From: a virus
Taxonomy: Duplodnaviria; Caudoviricetes
IMG/VR virus record: IMGVR_UViG_3300036520_000017
Location: 1-39,772 of that record
Reading direction: 5' to 3' (one strand)
DNA: 39,772 nt
The translations under genes were made by a program, and so were the position numbers. The notes below the pieces were generated by a model that was not told the origin of the DNA, ran no database searches, and saw only the letters and a list, made by a program, of their open reading frames with translations. Of this stretch, positions 33,899 through 39,772 are shown one piece after another; the first letter of the stretch is position 1; every line of letters begins with the position of its first letter.

Positions 33899-35725
33899 AT
33901 GACCTTTGTCAGCGCGCCGATTGCGATCGGCACGGCGGATACGATCATCTATCAGTGCCCGGCCACCCTTGAGGGCTCGGTGCATGGCCTGCAGTTCGAG
34001 AACTACTCGAACGGTGCCGTGGTGCTCACCATCAAGTTGTTCAAGCAGGCCACAGGCCAGACCAGCACGGTGCGGACCAAGAGCCTGGCTGCTGGCGAAG
34101 AATACCTCTTCACCAAGGTCAATGTGTCGGCCGGTGACCGAGTGCTTGCAAGCGCTGCCAGCAACGGCACTGTCCGCGCCTTGGCAAACGCCTACGTGGA
34201 TGCAGCCACGCCTGTTGCGGTCGGCTTCACGCCGCGCGGCACTTGGCTGGTTGGTTCCTCCTATGCGGTCAATGACGTGGTGGAGTTCGACGGCTCGTCC
34301 TACATCGCCCGCGTGGCCAACACAGGCAGCCAGCCACCCTCTGCAAACTGGATGCTGATGTCGCAGAAGGGCGCCCAAGGCGCCGCAGGGAGTGGTGCCG
34401 GCGACATGGTCACCGCCATCTATGACCCCACCGGCAAAGGCACCGATGCCTTCGACATGGAGAACATGGTTGAAGGGGCGACCAAGAAGATACTGTCCGC
34501 TGCCGAGCGCCTTAAGCTTGCTGGCATAGCAACAGCAGCAACGGCGAACGCTACCGACGCTCAGTTGCGTGATCGTTCCACCCATACCGGTACGCAGAGT
34601 GTCGCGACGATCACCGGCTTGGGTACGGCTGCTACGCTGAACACTGGCACCGGCGCAGGCAACATCCCTGTGCTTGATGGCAGTGGATTGCTGAACACGG
34701 CGATCCTTCCTGCAATTGCCGTCACGGATGTCTTCGAAGTGGGCAGCCAAGCAGCCATGCTGGCGCTCACCGCCCAAAAGGGCGACATGGCGATCCGCAC
34801 GGATCTCAACAAGACCTTTGCCTTGGCGACCAACAGCCCAGGCACACTGGCCGACTGGAAAGAGCTGCGCACACCAACCGACACGGTTCTCGCCGTTGCG
34901 GGCCTGACTGGCACTGTCACAGCGACCGCCCTGAAGTCCGCTCTTGCCATTGCCGTTGCTGATATCACTGACGCATCGGCGAACGGCCGATCGCTTCTAT
35001 CCGCAGCCAACTACGCAGCCATGAAAACGCTGCTTGGCATCACCCTTGCGGACCTAACGGATGCTTCGGCAAACGGTCGTTCTCTTATATCAGCAGCGAA
35101 CTATGCGGCCATGCGGACATTGCTGGGTCTGCAGATCGGAACGGATATTCAGGCATACAATGCCAAACTAGCCAACATTGCGGGTCTGACGCTTACCGGC
35201 AACGCTGGCAAAGCCGTTGTGGTCAATGCCGGTGGAACGGCTCTGGAGCTAGGTACGTCTTCTGGCGGCGGAGGGGGGAACTGGGACCTGATCCTTGCCG
35301 ATCAGAAGGCAAGTAATACCGGTGGAGGCACGTCTGTTGCTGGTGTGCAGGACCGCGACCTAAACACTGAACTATACAATAGCGGCACTGTTTCCTACAG
35401 CATCTCGACCAATGTGGTGACAATCAGCACACCGGGCACCTACCTCGTTGAGGCGGAGGCGCCTGCCGTCGTCAATGCTATCTACACGAACCGCACACTT
35501 ATTACCGACGGTGCGAACGTGGTCCTGGGCGTTGCTCAGGGCGGTAGAGGTCCTTCCAACTCACAAACCTACTCATCTGCTGTTGCTACCGTGGTGGTCG
35601 CTACAACGAAGCAGATCAAGGTGCGCAGTTACGTCAGCGCAGCAGTCGCTGGTGGCCTTGGAACAGCAATCGGTGATGGGCAGCCCGAGGTTTACACAGT
35701 AGTTCGCATCAAGAAGGTGGCATGA
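33899..35725 (+). CDS. Tail fibre protein 2 (probable receptor-binding protein)
   Basis: IYQCPA N-domain, CBM-like module, LRDRSTHTGTQ motif, 30-aa repeats, C-terminal DQK..GG...RDLNT...GTYLV beta domain. Confidence 0.82.
   Translation: MTFVSAPIAIGTADTIIYQCPATLEGSVHGLQFENYSNGAVVLTIKLFKQATGQTSTVRTKSLAAGEEYLFTKVNVSAGDRVLASAASNGTVRALANAYVDAATPVAVGFTPRGTWLVGSSYAVNDVVEFDGSSYIARVANTGSQPPSANWMLMSQKGAQGAAGSGAGDMVTAIYDPTGKGTDAFDMENMVEGATKKILSAAERLKLAGIATAATANATDAQLRDRSTHTGTQSVATITGLGTAATLNTGTGAGNIPVLDGSGLLNTAILPAIAVTDVFEVGSQAAMLALTAQKGDMAIRTDLNKTFALATNSPGTLADWKELRTPTDTVLAVAGLTGTVTATALKSALAIAVADITDASANGRSLLSAANYAAMKTLLGITLADLTDASANGRSLISAANYAAMRTLLGLQIGTDIQAYNAKLANIAGLTLTGNAGKAVVVNAGGTALELGTSSGGGGGNWDLILADQKASNTGGGTSVAGVQDRDLNTELYNSGTVSYSISTNVVTISTPGTYLVEAEAPAVVNAIYTNRTLITDGANVVLGVAQGGRGPSNSQTYSSAVATVVVATTKQIKVRSYVSAAVAGGLGTAIGDGQPEVYTVVRIKKVA
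34958..35128 (+). repeat. Tandem repeat with 90-nt (30-aa) period in fibre 2
   Basis: ADITDASANGRSLLSAANYAAMKTLLG / ADLTDASANGRSLISAANYAAMRTLLG. Confidence 0.85.
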
Positions 35726-36309
35726 TGGACGCAATTCACGTGAGCGGCGGCATTGTCGATTTCGTCCGGCGCAATGTATCGAGTGCTCCTAACGGGGCAG
35801 GATGGCACACAGCGCCAGACAACTCCGTTTTCGCTGGTTACGTCTTCAGCAACGGACAGTTCTCAGCGCCTGCGGTTAAGGCGCCGACGCTTGCGCAGCG
35901 CAAGGAAGACCTGAAAGCCCGCGTGCGCGCCCATGGCATGGCCATCCGTCGTGGCGGCTTCGAGGTGAACTTCGGCACCGACGAAGCACCGAACATTCAG
36001 GTGCTTCAGCTGCGCGATGCCACGCCAGAGAACGACGACGAGAAGAACTGGATGGCGTCGCTCTCGGCTTACACTGCCGCCGTCATCGCGGGCGCAGGGG
36101 AAGTCCAGGGCGCCAAGTTCCGGCCTGAGAGCAACGACACCATCATGGTCACCTATGCCCAGGCTATGGGCATCCTAACCGGGCTGTTCGACTGGGTCGC
36201 GTCATTGGTGCAAACGGTCTGGTGGAAGTGCGATCAGATCGATGGCGCTCACACCCATGCAGCACTTGATGCGCTCGAAGCCACCATCGACCAGGACTGG
36301 CCCGACTGA
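35722..36309 (+). CDS. Tail fibre-associated protein (DUF4376-like)
   Basis: Follows fibre; FRPESN, W.KCDQI..A, W-P-D end. Confidence 0.72.
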   Translation: MMDAIHVSGGIVDFVRRNVSSAPNGAGWHTAPDNSVFAGYVFSNGQFSAPAVKAPTLAQRKEDLKARVRAHGMAIRRGGFEVNFGTDEAPNIQVLQLRDATPENDDEKNWMASLSAYTAAVIAGAGEVQGAKFRPESNDTIMVTYAQAMGILTGLFDWVASLVQTVWWKCDQIDGAHTHAALDALEATIDQDWPD

Positions 36310-36575
36310 TGTTCGAGAACGACGGCTGCACCCTGTTCCTAAACGGCTGGGGCGGGCTGAACTGGCAGAAGTGCTGCGATGTGCATGACGAAGCCTTCGC
36401 CACCGGCACCAGCGTGCAAGAGTTCCTTGTAGCTAATTACGAGCTATGGCGCTGTATCGCCGTGCAGGACATCTTCACAGCGACCCTCGCAGTTATTGGC
36501 GTGATGACCGGAGGGGCGCTGTTCTTCTTCTTCGGACGTAAGCGGAAGCCTCAACAGAAAGGCCCCGGTCCCTGA
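36309..36575 (+). CDS. Small PLA2-motif-like membrane protein
   Basis: DGCTLF...W..CCDVHD.AF; C-terminal hydrophobic helix + basic tail. Confidence 0.65.
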   Translation: MFENDGCTLFLNGWGGLNWQKCCDVHDEAFATGTSVQEFLVANYELWRCIAVQDIFTATLAVIGVMTGGALFFFFGRKRKPQQKGPGP

Positions 36576-36685
36576 CGGTCCGGAGCCTTTCCTGCCGCGC
36601 ACATCGGGGCGACGTGCTGCAGCGAAACATCAATGATCTGTTCGATGGGTTGTTGCCTGCCTGAATTGCCACATAGCTGTGACTA

Positions 36686-36766
36686 CTAACCGGCAGCTAG
36701 CCAGATCAAGACTAGGCACATAGCAGCCGCAAGAGCCCAAACCGCAATAATCCACCAATCGCGCAT
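36686..36766 (-). CDS. 26-aa single-TM peptide (not in ORF track)
   Basis: MRDWWIIAVWALAAAMCLVLIWLAAG; GGAGG 5 nt upstream of ATG. Confidence 0.5.
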   Translation of the reverse strand: MRDWWIIAVWALAAAMCLVLIWLAAG

Positions 36767-36833
36767 CCCATCCTCCGCTCGCATTGAGCACCGGGGATCT
36801 CGGCAGGGCAATCCTTTTACATCGGAGACAATC

Positions 36834-37544
36834 ATGAACCGCAATTTCGAGCGCGCGGTTTCGCTCGTCCTTCAACACGAGGGCGGGTACGTCGACCATG
36901 CCCGAGATCCTGGTGGCGCCACGAACCTCGGCATCACCATCGGCACAGCTCGCCGGCTGGGTATCGATGTTGATGGCGATGGCGACACTGACAAGGTGGA
37001 CATTCGCCTGCTGAAACCAGCGGACGCTGCAAAGGTCTATCGCGTCGAATACTGGAACAAGGTCCGAGGCGACGATCTGCCTGACGGTCTCGACTATGCT
37101 GTCTTCGATTATGCAGTGAACTCTGGACCGGGCAGGGCAGCGCGAGAGCTACAGCGCATTGTTGGCGTGCCGGCGGATGGTGAGATCGGGCCTGTGACGC
37201 TCGCTGCCGTTCAAGAGCGGAATGCCGCAGATCTGGTCGAGCGTCTCTGTGATGAGCGGTTGGACTTCCTGCGGCGGCTTAACACTTGGGACACCTTTGG
37301 CAAAGGCTGGACCAGCCGTGTGCATGGTGTCTTGGAGCATGCCTTGCTGATGGCCGTATCTCCAGCACCGCCTGCTCCCGACTATCCGCACCATCCGGAG
37401 CCGCCAGTCGCACCGCTTCCTATCGATGTGCCGGACGATCCCGACGCTCAAGGTCAAAGCCGTCGCTCACTCCCGGGCTGGCTTATCCCCACCATCATCC
37501 TCATCGGGCTCGCTGCGGCGGGCTTTTTCTTTGTTCGCTTTTAG
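36834..37544 (+). CDS. Endolysin, glycoside hydrolase family 108, with PG-binding domains and C-terminal TM
   Basis: HEGGYVDH..DPGGATNLGIT, FDYAVNSG, DGEIGPVT, FGKGW..RV. Confidence 0.93.
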   Translation: MNRNFERAVSLVLQHEGGYVDHARDPGGATNLGITIGTARRLGIDVDGDGDTDKVDIRLLKPADAAKVYRVEYWNKVRGDDLPDGLDYAVFDYAVNSGPGRAARELQRIVGVPADGEIGPVTLAAVQERNAADLVERLCDERLDFLRRLNTWDTFGKGWTSRVHGVLEHALLMAVSPAPPAPDYPHHPEPPVAPLPIDVPDDPDAQGQSRRSLPGWLIPTIILIGLAAAGFFFVRF

Positions 37545-37556
37545 GAGGCTGCCACC

Positions 37557-37943
37557 GTGCTCACGACCATCACCACTGCTATTGCGCAGAACGTCATCCT
37601 CGGCTGGCTCTGGCGCCGAGCGCAGGAACTGGCGAGCCTCGGGGGCGTGCTCGTGCCGATTTACCTAGCCATGCCTGCCAGCATGCAGAAGGACGTGCAA
37701 GCCATCTTCACCGGGCAAGGTGGCGGCTTGTCCATCTCTGCAGCTATCGGCCTTGGCTGGTATCTGTGGACACAGTTCCAGTCCTACCGCGCTACGGTGA
37801 AGCCGCAGGTCGTCACCAGCTCGGGCGAGAAGATCGCGCTGCGGCCGAATGGGGCGACCGCTCGCGAGGTTGAAGCGGTGGCAAAGATCGCGCCTCGGCA
37901 GAAAACCTTGGCAGAGCGCATCGCCGAACGGTTTGCTCGATGA
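37557..37943 (+). CDS. Holin-like membrane protein
   Basis: AGGAGG SD + GTG; hydrophobic segments; follows endolysin. Confidence 0.6.
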   Translation: MLTTITTAIAQNVILGWLWRRAQELASLGGVLVPIYLAMPASMQKDVQAIFTGQGGGLSISAAIGLGWYLWTQFQSYRATVKPQVVTSSGEKIALRPNGATAREVEAVAKIAPRQKTLAERIAERFAR

Positions 37944-38371
37944 AGGCAATCATTCAAGAAAGCGCTCGCCACCTCAGGCAGCGCTTTCGCCTTCGTGCCC
38001 TGGAATGGCAGAATGCCTGCATCACAGGTGGATGGGGCTTGATGATGCTGAGCAACCCCAAGCAGTTCCTGGCTCCGTCCTATGCGGGCTTCGCCGGTTC
38101 TGTGCAGATCTGGGCAACATCGTTCCTGCTGGTAAGTGCCCTGAGCTTCGCAGCTCTCGTCATCAACGGAACGGTGCCGCGGCCTACTGCTATGGCAAGA
38201 ACCATCGCCGCAGCTGCCCAGGTCTTTCTCTATCTGTTGCTTGCCATCGGCTTCGTTGTCTCTGGCACCGGTACGCCAGGGATTACCACATATGGCTTTC
38301 TAGCACTCTTTGGCTTCTTCGGGGGCATCTGGGCGCTGTTTGACGCGGTGAACCCAGAATATGACACCTGA
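37940..38371 (+). CDS. Four-TM membrane protein (lysis region)
   Basis: RF..RALEW motif and four hydrophobic helices. Confidence 0.72.
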   Translation: MKAIIQESARHLRQRFRLRALEWQNACITGGWGLMMLSNPKQFLAPSYAGFAGSVQIWATSFLLVSALSFAALVINGTVPRPTAMARTIAAAAQVFLYLLLAIGFVVSGTGTPGITTYGFLALFGFFGGIWALFDAVNPEYDT

Positions 38372-38738
38372 TGAACTCAACAGCCTCTATCAGATGGGTG
38401 GTGCTGCCGGCATCCTCGTGGGAGCCGGTTTTTTCGGCCTGCGCTGGGTGCTCAAGACCGTCGCCGCCATGGAGAAGGTGCCGGTCAAGACCGAGAAGAC
38501 CACGATTATCACGGGCGACACTGTCGCGATGGATCGGCTCGCCGGCACGATCGAAGCCAGCAACGTGATCCTGACCGAGAACAATGTTCTGCGTCGTGAA
38601 GAGCACGCCGATCGAGAGGAAATGCGCGAAGCCCTGCACGCCAACACAAAGGCCGTGGAGCAGGTGAAGGATCAGATCATTGAAGCCAGGCGCGACATCA
38701 AGGATCTTACGATCCAGATGGCCAGGGCTGGCAAGTGA
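38361..38738 (+). CDS. N-terminal TM + coiled-coil protein (lysis region)
   Basis: GAAGILVGAGFFGLRWVL, then coiled coil. Confidence 0.72.
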   Translation: MTPDELNSLYQMGGAAGILVGAGFFGLRWVLKTVAAMEKVPVKTEKTTIITGDTVAMDRLAGTIEASNVILTENNVLRREEHADREEMREALHANTKAVEQVKDQIIEARRDIKDLTIQMARAGK

Positions 38739-38860
38739 TTACTGTAAGGCTTGAATTGCGAAGGTGAAGGACATCTGCATCACTGCGGGGCTGACAGTAC
38801 GTTTGCCTTGCCGACCCATGAGACGTTGGGATAATTTAGTGGATTTGCAAAAACTCACAC

Positions 38861-38890
38861 GAAAGAACAAGGGGGCCGAAGCCCCCTTGT
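38861..38890 (-). terminator. Terminator of the S-layer-like gene
   Basis: ACAAGGGGGC-TTCG-GCCCCCTTGT + TCTTTC on minus strand. Confidence 0.8.
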
Positions 38891-38920
38891 CATTAACTCC
38901 CAAGTCTACCGAAAGGTAGA

Positions 38921-39772
38921 TTATGCGAAGTTGGCGTCCGTCAGGTCAGCAACGGCAACGCCGGTGATCTGAACCAGAAGGTCCGCAGCAGGATCGAAGT
39001 CGCCGCCAGCTGTTGCCGAGTACAGAGCATAGGTCTGGCCCTGGAACGAGAAGGCAGTCCATTCATCAGCAAGGTTCAGGCCAGCCGAAGCCAGGTCAGC
39101 GGCTTCCTCGAGGGTCGCAGCTGCGCCAGCCAGCAGGCTGATCGAGTCCTGAACAGCACCGGCGATTGCCGTATAGTCAGCATCAGCAGCACCGCTGAAC
39201 GTTGCATCTAGAACGTCGCCATCGGCACCGGCAGCAAAGCCGTTGATCACGTCCACGAACAGAGCATCAGCAGGTGCACCAGCCGTGTTGTTCACGACAC
39301 CGCTGTCGAGAGCGGATGAGAACTCCACGATGTTGTCGCCAGCGCTCAGGGTGATGACGTCTGCACCGGAAAGGGCCGCATCGGTGACCGTAGCGAGGGT
39401 AGCTTCAGAACCTTCAACCAGAAGATCGCCGGTCAGAGCCGAAGCGTCGATCGTGCCACGAGCAGCCAGGCCGTCGATCTGGGTTGCGGCATTGCCGTCC
39501 AGATTGATGGTCGAACCAGCACGTGCAGTGATCACGCCGAGGTCGTTGTTAGTAACAAAGCCGACCAGATCACCGCTTGAAGTGATGTTGATGGTTGCAA
39601 CGGCGCTAGCAGGCTGAACGCCCGACAGGTTGACGGTGAGGTTGTCAACGTTGGCATCATCACCATCGTTCAGAGCAGCGGTACCTTCGGTGCCCAGCAG
39701 GTCGATGTTCACAACAGTGGAGGTGCCGTTCATGTTGAACGTCAGATCGCCAGAGTTGTTTGGGCCAACTTC
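38921..39772 (-). CDS. Host S-layer/RsaA-like type-I-secreted protein, C-terminal part (5' end beyond window)
   Basis: Frame open to window edge; Ala/Asp/Thr/Gly-rich; IDASALTG, GADVITL, FQGQTY, DLLVQITG...ANFA end. Confidence 0.8.
   Translation of the reverse strand, partial: EVGPNNSGDLTFNMNGTSTVVNIDLLGTEGTAALNDGDDANVDNLTVNLSGVQPASAVATINITSSGDLVGFVTNNDLGVITARAGSTINLDGNAATQIDGLAARGTIDASALTGDLLVEGSEATLATVTDAALSGADVITLSAGDNIVEFSSALDSGVVNNTAGAPADALFVDVINGFAAGADGDVLDATFSGAADADYTAIAGAVQDSISLLAGAAATLEEAADLASAGLNLADEWTAFSFQGQTYALYSATAGGDFDPAADLLVQITGVAVADLTDANFA

Larger units (their letters stand above)
1..38738. mobile_element. Lambdoid/HK97-like temperate siphophage prophage (att sites not identified; left boundary probably just outside the window)
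   Basis: Complete gene order int-xis-early-cI/cro-replication-terminase-portal-protease-capsid-tail-lysis, followed by a host-like gene. Confidence 0.95.

Noticed and set aside
33884-34777. 297-aa minus-strand ORF
   Set aside because: Antisense shadow of fibre 2
32435-36833. Possible DGR or invertible fibre cassette
   Set aside because: No reverse transcriptase or invertase in the window, and no TR/VR pair or inverted repeats seen
38739-38819. 26-aa minus-strand ORF (MGRQGKRTVSP...)
   Set aside because: No clear SD or distinctive composition; probably chance, near the presumed att region

Overview
The window holds an apparently intact lambdoid (HK97-head, Siphovirus-type) prophage of an alphaproteobacterium, spanning about 1-38740, followed by the 3' part of a host RsaA-like S-layer gene on the minus strand. 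The order is: integrase/excisionase; a leftward early operon (HNH, C5 DNA methyltransferase, small ORFs); an immunity region (PL/OL, a LexA-boxed ORF, a two-gene cassette coupled to cI, cI, OR, cro); a rightward early operon carrying LexA-, GapR-, DnaA-IV- and GcrA-like domains; a replication initiator with iterons; a late regulator; HNH-cos-terminase-portal-protease-capsid; a non-contractile tail with two fibres; and lysis genes. Five features stand out. (1) A 196-aa ORF with its own Shine-Dalgarno (SD) site is nested in the +1 frame inside the methyltransferase; it resembles an EcoHK31I-type beta subunit, yet the main protein keeps its own motif IX and carries an array of modules resembling target-recognition domains (TRDs). 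(2) A DUF6978-like + DUF1828/1829-like pair sits in the lambda rexAB slot and is a candidate anti-phage system; a gene with a perfect SOS box converges on it. (3) The early operon carries a set of host-regulator mimics. (4) A CCUCCUCCC (cuckoo-like) sRNA candidate lies behind a CtrA-like box. (5) Several antisense or embedded small genes are present. All family assignments come from motif recognition by eye; no searches were run.
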